NCBI GenBank assembly: GCA_023140255.1
Contig: JAGLLX010000001.1
Location: forward strand, 27,861 to 91,860
Length of the DNA stretch: 64,000 nucleotides
Reading direction: 5' to 3'
Source: Minisyncoccota bacterium
GTDB taxonomy: Bacteria; Patescibacteriota; Minisyncoccia; Phycocordibacterales; UBA12079
Below, piece by piece: positions 40,895-50,948 of this stretch. Within the stretch, counting starts at the first letter, position 1; each line of letters starts with the position of its first letter. Made by a program: the position numbers and the translations under genes. The notes beneath the pieces were generated by a model. The model saw only the letters and a list, made by a program, of their open reading frames with translations. It was not told where the DNA came from and did not search any database.

Positions 40895-41818
40895 TTAAAA
40901 GTTAATATTATTTTGTTTAAAAAATTCTCCTATCTTAACTGAAATATTTAGTATTTCCTCCATAGTTTCGTAATATTGTTTAGCTCCAAGTAATGCAGAG
41001 AGAGGGTCTGTAAATATTTTAATTAATTGTTCGGTATTTACTGTTGTTTTAATAAGTAAATTAGTTAAAGTTAAATGTTTGTTTTGTAAAACTAGAGGTG
41101 TTCTCATTTTTGTTAAATTATCTACAAGTTCTTCATAAAAAATTGTATTTGATTTTATTTCTTCTAATATTTCAGGTGAATTATTATCTAATGCTTCTTT
41201 TAAAATTAAATTATCATCTCTTAATTCAGGAATTCCAGAAAGTACCTGATTTAATTCCAATGCGTATCTTTGTAAGGATTCAGTGGATGAGTCTTCTATA
41301 ATATTTAAATCATTTAAAGTGATAAGGTTAAACTCTGGTTCATAACTTAACTTATCATAAGCAATCATTTGAATAAGGTCTTCTTGTTCTTGTGTTCCTA
41401 AAGTACCACTTTGTTTCAAGGCTACATAACTTGTAAATATTTCTCTTGCTAATATATCAGTTTGGGTTAATTCAGTTTGAGGTGTTTGTGTAGGTTCTTT
41501 TTCTTTAAAAATTATTTTATTTAAATTACCTTCCCCTTTAATTAAAGGATCTCTATTTGCTAAAATTTCATCATTATCGTTCATTCCATCATTATCAGTA
41601 TCTATATTATTTGGATCAGTTTTCCATAATACTTCCTCCCAATCTTTTAACCCGTCACCATCAGAATCTTTTTGGATAATTTGGGTAGTAATTTCTTGAG
41701 TATCAGAATCATCTATTGAAATATTTTCTGAATTATTGTTATTAAAAATAATAAAGATAACAAAAAATACCAAAATAACACCAGAAGTCATTAATAGTTT
41801 TTTGTTCCAAAAATCCAT
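40895..41818 (-). CDS. Membrane-anchored protein with thrombospondin-type-3-like Ca-binding repeats (DxDxDG)
   Basis: DSDGDGLKDWEE ... DTDNDGMNDNDE; first gene of operon. Confidence 0.4.
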   Translation of the reverse strand: MDFWNKKLLMTSGVILVFFVIFIIFNNNNSENISIDDSDTQEITTQIIQKDSDGDGLKDWEEVLWKTDPNNIDTDNDGMNDNDEILANRDPLIKGEGNLNKIIFKEKEPTQTPQTELTQTDILAREIFTSYVALKQSGTLGTQEQEDLIQMIAYDKLSYEPEFNLITLNDLNIIEDSSTESLQRYALELNQVLSGIPELRDDNLILKEALDNNSPEILEEIKSNTIFYEELVDNLTKMRTPLVLQNKHLTLTNLLIKTTVNTEQLIKIFTDPLSALLGAKQYYETMEEILNISVKIGEFFKQNNINF

Positions 41819-42084
41819 ATTTATTTTAGTAGAATAAAATAAATTTAAAATATTTTATCCTTATTAATTAATATTATATTAATAATATATACGAACTAAC
41901 CCGAAATTTTAGACGGAATTCATATTACTAAAATTGTAGCATTTTTTAGCATTTTTTTTAGAAAATTTGTGGATAAAAAATAATTGAAAGTTCGTAAAGT
42001 TTATAAGGTCCGTAAAGTCAAAGATTTAGGTCTATTTATTAATAATATATTCAGAAATTCTAAGTTTTTTAGACTAATTACGAC

Positions 42085-42891
42085 TTAATTAAATAATTTA
42101 TTATATAAATTTTGCCAATCTTCTAAAGATAGGTCTTCTGCCCTAATTTTTGTTGAGATATTTAAATCTTCTAAGATTTTAATAAGCTCTTTTTTAGGAA
42201 TTAAAGATATATTATTTAAAAGCATCTTTCTTTTACTTGAAAAGGCTTGGTGAATTAAGTTAAAAAATTTTTCTTCATTAATTTTTTCAAAATACTTTGT
42301 TGAAATATTATCAATCAAAAGAATTGCTGAGTCTACTTTTGGTTGAGGTGAAAAATATTTAGCAGGAATAGTTTTTATATATTTAGGGTTAGCATAGACT
42401 TTTATACTTAAAGATAAAATACTTTCTTTTGGTTTCTTTTTTGATTTTTTTGTTTTATCGGTAGAAGTAATACGTTGGGCAACTTCTTTTTGAAGCATAA
42501 GAATCATTTGTGATGGTTGAAAATCTGAAGATAAGAATTTTCTAATTAATTTTCCAGTAATATAATATGGAATATTAGCTACAATTTTATAATTATTTAA
42601 ATTTAATGTTTCTATATCTATATCTAAAATATCGTTGTGAATTAAGGTTAATTTCCCACTTTTTAATTCTTCAGCAAATTTTTCTTGTAAAAACTCAATT
42701 AAACGATTATCTTTTTCAATAGCAATCACAGAACCTGATTTCTCTAAAAGTTTCTCAGTTAAAGATCCTTTTCCTGGACCAACTTCTAATACAATATCTT
42801 CTTTTTGAAGACTTGCTGTTTCAATTATTTTGTCTAAAATTTCTGAAGAATTTAGAAAATTTTGTCCTAATGATTTTTTTGCTTTGAACAT
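42085..42891 (-). CDS. rsmA: 16S rRNA (adenine1518/1519-N6)-dimethyltransferase RsmA/KsgA
   Basis: GQNFL..., VLEVGPGKGSLT, NIPY motifs. Confidence 0.85.
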   Translation of the reverse strand: MFKAKKSLGQNFLNSSEILDKIIETASLQKEDIVLEVGPGKGSLTEKLLEKSGSVIAIEKDNRLIEFLQEKFAEELKSGKLTLIHNDILDIDIETLNLNNYKIVANIPYYITGKLIRKFLSSDFQPSQMILMLQKEVAQRITSTDKTKKSKKKPKESILSLSIKVYANPKYIKTIPAKYFSPQPKVDSAILLIDNISTKYFEKINEEKFFNLIHQAFSSKRKMLLNNISLIPKKELIKILEDLNISTKIRAEDLSLEDWQNLYNKLFN

Positions 42892-43060
42892 ATGTAAGTA
42901 TTATGTATTATGTATAAAAAATTCTCTTTGAGAATTTTTTTTGATACTTAATATATATTATATAATATTAAAAAATAAAGCGAGGAAATATGATATTAAA
43001 GGTTTTTTCTTGATACTTGTCTGCCGGCAGGTAGGCTTACTACTTAATACATAATACTGA

Positions 43061-43120
43061 AAAACAAAATAAGAGCCAACTATTCCATTTAAATGGAATA
43101 GTTGGCTCTTATTTTGTTTT
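43061..43120. terminator. 60-bp perfect palindrome downstream of uvrD
   Basis: AAAACAAAATAAGAGCCAACTATTCCATTT|AAATGGAATAGTTGGCTCTTATTTTGTTTT, adjacent to CTGCCGGCAGG at 43021. Confidence 0.6.
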
Positions 43121-43122
43121 TC

Positions 43123-45105
43123 TTACCATTCAAGATATTCAATTTTTTCGTCTCCTGTATCTTGAGAAATAGTATCTCCTAATGAATCTGTATATTCAAT
43201 TAAATTTTCATCAATATCAGTTACAAATTCAGAAACAGTATTTGTTCGACGGGATCCAAAAATAGTTCTCATTGAAGCGTAAGCTAAAAATAATTTTTTT
43301 CTAGCTCTGGTTAATGCTACATAAAACAGCCTTCTCTCCTCTTCTGCTTTACTGGTACTATTTTCACCCATCATTTTACTAGGAAATAATCCATCTTCAA
43401 GCCCTGTAATAAAAACATAATCAAATTCTAGGCCTTTTGCTGAATGGATTGTCATTAGTCTTACTGCTCCAACATTATCATCTATTTCATCTTGGTCGCT
43501 AGATAAAACTACTTCTTCTAATAACTTTTCTAACCCTTCTCCTAACGGTAATTTATCATATTTTATAGCTAAAGAAACAAGTTCTTTTATATTTGAAAGT
43601 CTTTCTAGATCATCTTCAGTCCCTTTTAATTTATATTGTTCGGCAATTTTACTTTCAGAGATAATAAATTTTATTAGGTCTGAGGGTTTCAATTTTTGAG
43701 AATTTTCTGAAATTTTAGTTAAAATGTCTCTGTAATTTTGTACTTTTGTTTTTATAGTTGAGCTTAATTCCTCTTCTTTTCCTGTTGTTATTTTAATTAA
43801 AGTTACTTTCCCAATTCCTCGAGCAGGGGTATTGATAGTTCTTTTCAAACTAGTTAAATCTTTAGAATTCAAGGCTATTTTAAGGTAAGCGATAATATCT
43901 TTAATTTCTTTTCGGTCAAAAAATTTAGTTCCTAGAACTTGGTATGGAACATTTGCATTTAAAAAAGCTTCTTCTAATATTCTTGACTGGAAATTAGTTC
44001 TATATAAAACAGCAATTTCTTTTGGTGAAACTTTCTCATCTTCAATTAAATTTTTAGATTTTTGGGCTACGAAATTAGCTTCATCTCCTTCATTATAAGC
44101 TAAATAAGTGCCTATTTTCTCCCCTTCTATGTTTTTAGTAAAAAGATTTTTTTCTTGACGTTCTAGATTTTTTTGAATTATCTGATTAGCTGCACTCAAA
44201 ATATTTTGGGTAGAACGATAATTTTCTTCTAATAAAATAGTTTCTGCATTTTTAAAATCTTTTTCAAAATTTAAAATATTTTGAATATTAGCTCCTCGCC
44301 AAGAGTAAATATTTTGATCAGCATCTCCTACTACGCATAGATTCTGGTGTTTTTTTGAAAGTAATTGAACAATTTTATATTGAACTTTATTAGTGTCTTG
44401 ATATTCATCAATATGAATTTGTTGCCACTGGTCTTGGTATTTTTTTAATACATCTTTATTTGTTTGTAATAAAGAAGCTGTTTTTAAAAGAAGATCATCA
44501 AAGTCTAGAGATCCTTCTTCTTCAAGTCTTTCTTCATATCTTTTCCAAACTTGAGCTGTAACTTTTAGTAAATATTCATTTCCTTGTTGGCTAGAGTTGC
44601 TTATTTTATCTATAAAAGATGAAATTGTAATAAATTTTCCTTTTTGGCGAGAAATAATACCTAGAATTTTTTTAGGTTCAAATTGTTTAGGGTCTAAATC
44701 AAGAGAAGTAATTATTTCTTTGATAATTTTTTGAGAATCATTTTTATCTAAAATAGAAAAATTTTTAAGAATTTTTAATTCTTTAAAATTTTCACGCAGA
44801 ATATATACTCCTAAAGAGTGAAATGTTTTTATAAATGGTTGTTTATGAAAAGAAATAGGAAGATTCAACTCTTTATCTTTTCGGAGAAGTTCTAAAACTT
44901 TCTCTTTCATCTCCTTAGCTGTTTTATTAGTGAAGGTAACCGCTAAGATATTTTCAGGCGCTACCCCATTTTTAATGAGATGTAAAATACGATAAGTAAT
45001 TGTTCGTGTCTTCCCTGCTCCAGCACCTGCTAAAATTAAAAGAGGACCTTTTTTATGCAAAACTGCCCTTTTTTGTTCAGAATTTAACTCTTCAAGATAT
45101 TTCAT
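43123..45105 (-). CDS. ATP-dependent DNA helicase UvrD/PcrA family
   Basis: GAGAGKTRTIT Walker A, DEYQDTN, helicase motifs III-VI. Confidence 0.9.
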   Translation of the reverse strand: MKYLEELNSEQKRAVLHKKGPLLILAGAGAGKTRTITYRILHLIKNGVAPENILAVTFTNKTAKEMKEKVLELLRKDKELNLPISFHKQPFIKTFHSLGVYILRENFKELKILKNFSILDKNDSQKIIKEIITSLDLDPKQFEPKKILGIISRQKGKFITISSFIDKISNSSQQGNEYLLKVTAQVWKRYEERLEEEGSLDFDDLLLKTASLLQTNKDVLKKYQDQWQQIHIDEYQDTNKVQYKIVQLLSKKHQNLCVVGDADQNIYSWRGANIQNILNFEKDFKNAETILLEENYRSTQNILSAANQIIQKNLERQEKNLFTKNIEGEKIGTYLAYNEGDEANFVAQKSKNLIEDEKVSPKEIAVLYRTNFQSRILEEAFLNANVPYQVLGTKFFDRKEIKDIIAYLKIALNSKDLTSLKRTINTPARGIGKVTLIKITTGKEEELSSTIKTKVQNYRDILTKISENSQKLKPSDLIKFIISESKIAEQYKLKGTEDDLERLSNIKELVSLAIKYDKLPLGEGLEKLLEEVVLSSDQDEIDDNVGAVRLMTIHSAKGLEFDYVFITGLEDGLFPSKMMGENSTSKAEEERRLFYVALTRARKKLFLAYASMRTIFGSRRTNTVSEFVTDIDENLIEYTDSLGDTISQDTGDEKIEYLEW

Positions 45106-45400
45106 TACGAACAGTATAGCATAAATATATTATATATTTTTATCCCCAGAACTAGTAGACTAAGGGTCTTAAGTTGATATAATTTAGGTATCTTAAGTAA
45201 AAATATCTGAAAGGAAAAGTATTGACTTTCTAGTCTTTTTTTTATATGATATTGGGATATTTAAGTGATTTGGAGAGAATAGACGACGGCTGTGAGATCA
45301 GTAATTAACATTTAGGCTTATTATACACAACATAAAAGACCTTGTTTCTACGAAAATAAAGACGAAACAAGCGATTAAAACAGATATTAGTGTTTTTTTC

Positions 45401-46453
45401 TTGAAAAATGCTGGTTTTTTTATTGCTTTAAGCCTTATTTTAACACCTTCTATTGGGAATGCGGGTGTTTTTTCTTTATTTACAGGTTGGTTTGAGAATA
45501 ATGTAGAAAAAGTTGTTGTTTTAGTTGATAATGACTATAATTCACAAAATATGGCTCTATTACACACTTTTATAAATAGTAAGCCTAATTTAGCTCAAGG
45601 AGGCGGAGAAATTACGATTGTAGACGATTCTGCTCTCTCTTCAGAGGTTGGTCCTAGTGGAACTATGGCTAATATTAGAGAACTTTCTAATACTGACAGG
45701 ATTGCTACATATATTGTGCGAGAAGGAGATACTTTAGGTCAAATTGCGGAAATGTTTGGTGTTTCCGTAGGAACTATTATCTGGTCTAACGACATTAAAC
45801 AAGGAGATTTGATTAGAAATGGGCAAGTTTTAAGTATCTTACCTATTAGTGGGGTTAACCATAAAGTTGTAAAAGGTGAAACTTTAGCTTCTATTGTTAA
45901 AAAATACCAAGGAGACTTAAAAGAAACTCGTCAATATAATGATTTATTAAATGATGACACTCTTGCTGTTGGAGATGAAATAGTAATTCCGGGTGGAGTA
46001 GATGCCTTACCAACTACAATTACTAAAGCTACATCTTCTTTAGCTCAAAGTATTTTACGTAATCAACAAAATGTTAGAGGTACAGGAGGTCCTGATTATG
46101 GAAGTTATTATATAAGACCAATTTCAGGAGGAATAATCTCTCAAGATTTACATGGATATAATGCAATTGATTTCGCTGCACCTAAAGGAACACCAATTGT
46201 GGCAGCTGCTTCAGGAGAGGTAATTATTTCTAAAGATAATGGTTATTGGAACGGGGGTTACGGGAATTATATTGTAATTAAACATGATAATGGAACTCAG
46301 ACTTTGTATGCTCATAATAGTTCTAATATAGTTTGGGTAGGATATCGTGTTGTTCAAGGGCAGGTAATCGGATATCTTGGTTCAACAGGAAGATCTACTG
46401 GACCACACGTCCACTTTGAAGTACGTGGAGCTAAAAATCCTTTTGCTAGATAG
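45401..46453 (+). CDS. Secreted LysM-LysM-M23 peptidoglycan DD-metallopeptidase
   Basis: Signal peptide; two LysM; HxxxD and HxH (PHVHFEV) M23 motifs. Confidence 0.85.
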   Translation: MKNAGFFIALSLILTPSIGNAGVFSLFTGWFENNVEKVVVLVDNDYNSQNMALLHTFINSKPNLAQGGGEITIVDDSALSSEVGPSGTMANIRELSNTDRIATYIVREGDTLGQIAEMFGVSVGTIIWSNDIKQGDLIRNGQVLSILPISGVNHKVVKGETLASIVKKYQGDLKETRQYNDLLNDDTLAVGDEIVIPGGVDALPTTITKATSSLAQSILRNQQNVRGTGGPDYGSYYIRPISGGIISQDLHGYNAIDFAAPKGTPIVAAASGEVIISKDNGYWNGGYGNYIVIKHDNGTQTLYAHNSSNIVWVGYRVVQGQVIGYLGSTGRSTGPHVHFEVRGAKNPFAR

Positions 46454-46648
46454 GAAAGTAATTTCAAAGTGTTCCAAAATCCAAAGTATTCCAAATAAAA
46501 TCCAAATGACAAAATCTAAATTTTTAGATTTAAGATTTAAGACCTGCCTGCCGGCAGGTTTTTAATATTTTAATGAATTAATTTCTAAACTTTACTATTC
46601 CATTTAACTGGAATAGTAAGTCTTAAATAATGGCTTGAAATATAGCTA

Positions 46649-46690
46649 AAAACAAACGGCTGTGATTTCAAATCATGGCCGTTTGTTTTA
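46649..46690. terminator. Hairpin terminator
   Basis: AAAACAAACGGC ... GCCGTTTGTTTT with inner palindrome TGATTTCAAATCA. Confidence 0.5.
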
Positions 46691-46711
46691 TTGAAAACTC
46701 ATTTTTATTAA

Positions 46712-47029
46712 TTAAATTATATTGCTTTCTTTTAAAGCTTTTTCATAATCAGTTTTAATTTTTTGCAATTCACGACTTTGAGAAGTCTGCTCACTCTTTA
46801 TTTTAGTAATTTCTGTAATCACTCCTCCAGACCTTGCTTCAATTTCTCTTATTTCATTTTTTAAAGTTTGGATTTCAGATTCTTTTTGTTTTAAGCTTTG
46901 TTCTTTTTGCGTTTTTTTTGTTCGGAGAGTTTGCTTTTTTGTTTCTAATGTAGTTAATTCCGTTAGGGCTTTTTGTATTTCCTGCTGAAGTTGATCTAGT
47001 ACTATTTTAAGATTTATTGAATTTGACAT
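46712..47029 (-). CDS. Coiled-coil protein (ZapB/FtsB-like?)
   Basis: 105 aa, continuous heptad pattern. Confidence 0.35.
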   Translation of the reverse strand: MSNSINLKIVLDQLQQEIQKALTELTTLETKKQTLRTKKTQKEQSLKQKESEIQTLKNEIREIEARSGGVITEITKIKSEQTSQSRELQKIKTDYEKALKESNII

Positions 47030-47173
47030 AATATTATTTATATAAGTTATTAATTCAGTAATATTTTAACATTTAAGTTAATCTTTAGCAAAACTCTTTC
47101 TTTTCTTTAATATATAAGTATACTAAAGGAAGGTTGTTTAATTTTAAAAACTTTACATTTAAAGGAGTTTCTG

Positions 47174-47413
47174 ATGAGTATTGATGAAGTGAGGACTTTT
47201 TCAAAAGTTATTAAAAGTAGTGATATAAAAGCTTTTGATGATTTTGTGCAAGAAGTTTACTTGTACAACGGTGGAATAGGATATTTTGTTTCAAAGAGGC
47301 GTATTTGGACTGAAAGTTGTTTTATTCTTCAGCCACTTGGAAATGCTACTAGTAATGGTATGATGACTCACATTATGGCGATAGTGGAATGTGGAAAATT
47401 TCCGATTGACTAA
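47174..47413 (+). CDS. Hypothetical small protein
   Basis: 79-aa ORF preceded by GGAG SD and followed by a terminator. Confidence 0.3.
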   Translation: MSIDEVRTFSKVIKSSDIKAFDDFVQEVYLYNGGIGYFVSKRRIWTESCFILQPLGNATSNGMMTHIMAIVECGKFPID

Positions 47414-47428
47414 TTTTGCTATATTAAA

Positions 47429-47463
47429 CCCGTTCTTTCTGAGGAGAGAACGGGGATTTTTTT
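47429..47463. terminator. Bidirectional Rho-independent terminator
   Basis: CCCGTTCT...AGAACGGG + TTTTTTT. Confidence 0.55.
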
Positions 47464-49006
47464 AATAAGTTTTTTTAGGTCTATATTGGAGGGCTTCAAG
47501 AATATGTTCCGGTAGTATTTCTTTAATTTGGTTTAGGTCGGCTATAGTTTGAGCTAGTTTTATTATTTTATGATAAGCTCGGGCTGATAAATCTAATCGA
47601 CTAGCTGATGAAATTAAAACTTCTTTTGTTTTAGGGCTTAAAGGGATTAATGTTTCAATATCTTTAGCTGACATCCCGCTATTTGTATTTGTTTTAGTGT
47701 TTTCAAATCTTTTTATTTGAATTTCTCTAGCTTGAGCTACTCTCTTTTGAATATCTTGGCTTTTTTCTAAATTTTCATCTTTAGTTGATAGTTTTGAGTG
47801 TTCTATGTTTGAAACTTCTACCCACATATCAATCCTGTCTATAATCGGACCTGATAATTTTTTCTGGTAATTTATTATTTGAGTGGGTGTGCAAATACAT
47901 TCTTTTTTAGTTCCATAATTTCCACAAGGACAAGGATTCATTGTGGCAATTAAAATAAAATCAGCTGGGAAAGTGGCTGTACCTTTAGCACGAGAAATAT
48001 TTACTGTCCCATCTTCAAGAGGTTGGCGAAGGGCTTCAATTGATCTCTTTTCAAATTCAGGAAATTCATCCAAGAATAAAATTCCTTTATGAGCCAAAGT
48101 AACTTCTCCAGGTTTCGGACTGACGCCACCTCCTACTACAGATACATAAGAGGCTGTGTGGTGAGGTGAACGAAAAGGTGGGGAGATAACTAAATCTCCT
48201 TGAGATATTCCAGCCACTGAATGAATAGAAGTGGTTTCTAAAATATCTTCAAAAGAAAGATGAGGTAGTATTCCGCGAAAAGCTTTGGCTAACATAGATT
48301 TTCCTGTTCCTGGAGGTCCATACATCGCTATATTATGTCCACCCGAAGCTGCTATTTCTAAACCTCTTTTAGCTGATTCTTGTCCTTTTACATCAGCAAA
48401 ATCAATTTCAGGTATTAAATTTTTATATTCAATTTGGGTTTGGGGACTTTTTTTTAATTCGCAGATTATTTCTTGTTCATCATCTGTTAAATTTAAATGT
48501 CTAATTAATTGGGCTAAATTTTTTACTCCAAAAATTTTAATATCTTTAATTAAAGCTCCTTCCTCTGTATTTTCTAACGGAAGATAAACTTCTTCAAAAC
48601 CTTGTTTTTTAGCTTCGCGTACTAAAGAAAGTGTACCATCAATTTTTCTTAATTTCCCATCTAAAGTTAATTCCCCTAGAAAGATTTTTTTAGCAGGGTC
48701 AAAAATAATATCTTCAGAAGCCAAAAGATAAGCTAGTGCTATTCCTAAATCAAAATTTGGACCTTCTTTTTTAATATTAGCAGGAGCTAAAGAAGTGATT
48801 ACTTTTTGATTTCTGCTTTTTGGTGATTTAAAACCGCTATTTTTAATAGCTGCAGATACCCTATCTCGAGATTCTTCAATTGCTTTGTCTGGTAATCCTA
48901 CAATAGAAAAAGCATTTAATGTTTTTTTAGTAATATCAGTTTCAATATCAACAATATATGCTTTTAGCATATTTGTTTGAGCCGAATGTACTTTTGAGAA
49001 AAACAT
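47462..49006 (-). CDS. comM: Mg-chelatase-like AAA+ ATPase YifB/ComM
   Basis: N-terminal Lon-like domain, Walker A GPPGTGKSM, C-terminal Mg-chelatase C domain. Confidence 0.85.
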   Translation of the reverse strand: MFFSKVHSAQTNMLKAYIVDIETDITKKTLNAFSIVGLPDKAIEESRDRVSAAIKNSGFKSPKSRNQKVITSLAPANIKKEGPNFDLGIALAYLLASEDIIFDPAKKIFLGELTLDGKLRKIDGTLSLVREAKKQGFEEVYLPLENTEEGALIKDIKIFGVKNLAQLIRHLNLTDDEQEIICELKKSPQTQIEYKNLIPEIDFADVKGQESAKRGLEIAASGGHNIAMYGPPGTGKSMLAKAFRGILPHLSFEDILETTSIHSVAGISQGDLVISPPFRSPHHTASYVSVVGGGVSPKPGEVTLAHKGILFLDEFPEFEKRSIEALRQPLEDGTVNISRAKGTATFPADFILIATMNPCPCGNYGTKKECICTPTQIINYQKKLSGPIIDRIDMWVEVSNIEHSKLSTKDENLEKSQDIQKRVAQAREIQIKRFENTKTNTNSGMSAKDIETLIPLSPKTKEVLISSASRLDLSARAYHKIIKLAQTIADLNQIKEILPEHILEALQYRPKKTY

Positions 49007-49041
49007 AGATAAATATTATATATTAGAAATTGAAAATTTTA

Positions 49042-49407
49042 TTAGCTGTTCATATGTTTTATGCATGTTGGAGCTGCGGGATTTGCATTTAATCTCTCTT
49101 CTTCTATAAGTTCTTCACATACTTCACATTTTCCATATATACCGCCTTCAATTTTTTGTAAAGCTTTTTTAACATTATTGAAACGAATTTCTAAATCAGA
49201 AGTAATTGCATTTCTTTCTCCAAATTCTTCTTGGTCATCAGCATTATCATTAGGGTCTGAATGATCACTATCAGCGTTTGTTTCCTCATTTCCTTTAGTT
49301 ATCCAGTCATTAGGATTATTAGGATTTATTTGTCCAAGGCTTTTTAGTTCCTCGGTTAATAATTTTAATTCTTCTTTTAAATCTCTTTCGTATTTATTAA
49401 TATCCAT
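49042..49407 (-). CDS. DksA/TraR-family C4 zinc-finger protein
   Basis: CEVCEELIE...CIKH four-Cys finger, coiled-coil N-terminus. Confidence 0.65.
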   Translation of the reverse strand: MDINKYERDLKEELKLLTEELKSLGQINPNNPNDWITKGNEETNADSDHSDPNDNADDQEEFGERNAITSDLEIRFNNVKKALQKIEGGIYGKCEVCEELIEEERLNANPAAPTCIKHMNS

Positions 49408-49452
49408 GGTTTTTATTAATTAAAGTAATAATCTATATTGTAACATTTAATA

Positions 49453-50847
49453 TTACCTTTTTTGTGTTTTAAGTATTAGGCGGTTAGAAATTTCTTGCAA
49501 AACATTTTTATCTGTTGTTATTACTATCGTATTTTTATCTACAAAAGAGTAAATAAAGATTATTTCTCCAGAGTTATTTAGAATAGCTCGAGTATCTTTA
49601 TTTTTTATAACTAAATCTTTAAATTCAAATTCTCGTGTTCTAAGTTCACTAGACGGGATTGCTGGATTCTCTTCTATAAAAATAGGCCTTAAATCTTCAA
49701 TTAAATTCTTCTCCCACTTTAATATTTCAGGGAAAATATTATCAAAAGATCTTGTTTTTAAAATTAAGAAAGGATAAACATCTAAAGAAGAATAATAACC
49801 ATACATAAATTCAAGGTCTATAAATCTCAAAAAAGTTTCTGAAACTCTAGCTTCTAATAGAAAAAATAAATCATCAGTTGTCAATAATTTTTTACCCACA
49901 ATATTATTTTCTTTTAAATGTTTGTCTGTTAAATATAAATGTAATAAAGACCCTATTGGTAGATTTGTTTTACCTAATTCTGTCTTAATTAAACTAGTCA
50001 ATTTAAGTACATTTGATTTTTCTAAAAAGACTTCTTTTTGGTATTCAGAATCAATAAATGATTTTAGTTCTATTTCATCTATTTTTATAACAGGGATAGG
50101 TTTGTAATAATAAACAAAAAATACAACAGATATTCCTGAAATTACTAAAATTATACTTAATATACTCAAATATATATTTTTTTTAGTGCTTTTTTTGATT
50201 TTTGAAAACTTTTTTAATAGATTAGTATCTTTGTGTTCTTTCTCCATCATAACCGCTTGCGTCATTGATATCTTTTTTGTTTTTATAACATTAACTAAAT
50301 CATTTTGATAAGTTCTTACCATAGAAGAGTTCTTTTTATGTGTTTTTTCTTGAGAATTTGTTTCTTTTACTTTAGTATTTTTTTGAATTTTTGTTGAGAT
50401 AGGTGTTTCAATTGGAGCTTCAGGTGTTAAAGATATATTAGAAATTTGTTCTTGTAAATTTGTTTGTGGAATTTCCTCTGCTTTAAGTACTTTTGGATTT
50501 TCAAGTGTTTCTTTTTTAAGAGCACTTTGAGACATATCTTCTTCCTTAATTATTTCAACTACATCTTTTTCTTTTTGTAGAATATTTGTATCTTCTGTAG
50601 AAGATATTTTAGATAATTCAGCATTTAAGTCAGAGACAGACTCCTCTCTTGCTGTAGTGAGATTATTTTCTAGCTCCTCTTTGTTTTTGTCAGTATTTTC
50701 ACTATTTTTTGCTTCAAAAGGTTGCTGGGATATTATTTTTTCTCCTTGGTCAGTGATTGTTTTAATATCTAAGTTATTTTCTTGAGATTGTTCGTTAGGC
50801 AATGGGTTTAAATCTCCAGAAATTTGTCCCTGAGTTTTTTCTTCCAT
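49453..50847 (-). CDS. Hypothetical protein, acidic low-complexity N-terminus, central TM
   Basis: 464 aa. Confidence 0.35.
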   Translation of the reverse strand: MEEKTQGQISGDLNPLPNEQSQENNLDIKTITDQGEKIISQQPFEAKNSENTDKNKEELENNLTTAREESVSDLNAELSKISSTEDTNILQKEKDVVEIIKEEDMSQSALKKETLENPKVLKAEEIPQTNLQEQISNISLTPEAPIETPISTKIQKNTKVKETNSQEKTHKKNSSMVRTYQNDLVNVIKTKKISMTQAVMMEKEHKDTNLLKKFSKIKKSTKKNIYLSILSIILVISGISVVFFVYYYKPIPVIKIDEIELKSFIDSEYQKEVFLEKSNVLKLTSLIKTELGKTNLPIGSLLHLYLTDKHLKENNIVGKKLLTTDDLFFLLEARVSETFLRFIDLEFMYGYYSSLDVYPFLILKTRSFDNIFPEILKWEKNLIEDLRPIFIEENPAIPSSELRTREFEFKDLVIKNKDTRAILNNSGEIIFIYSFVDKNTIVITTDKNVLQEISNRLILKTQKR

Positions 50848-50902
50848 GTTAAAATTATAACATAGCTAGAGAATGGAAGGTAGAAAGTAGAATGTGGAAA
50901 TA

Positions 50903-50936
50903 AAAAAGGTGGGGAGGCTTTGCCTCCCCACCTTTA
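50903..50936. terminator. Hairpin terminator
   Basis: AAAGGTGGGGAGGC-TTT-GCCTCCCCACCTTT. Confidence 0.55.
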
Positions 50937-50948
50937 TGTAATAATAGT

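Noticed and set aside
45106-45400. Long 5' region upstream of the LysM-M23 peptidase as a c-di-AMP (ydaO-type) riboswitch
   Set aside because: Cell-wall hydrolase genes are often ydaO-regulated, but I cannot see the conserved ydaO helices or ACGGGG-type elements in this AT-rich leader. It needs a covariance-model search.
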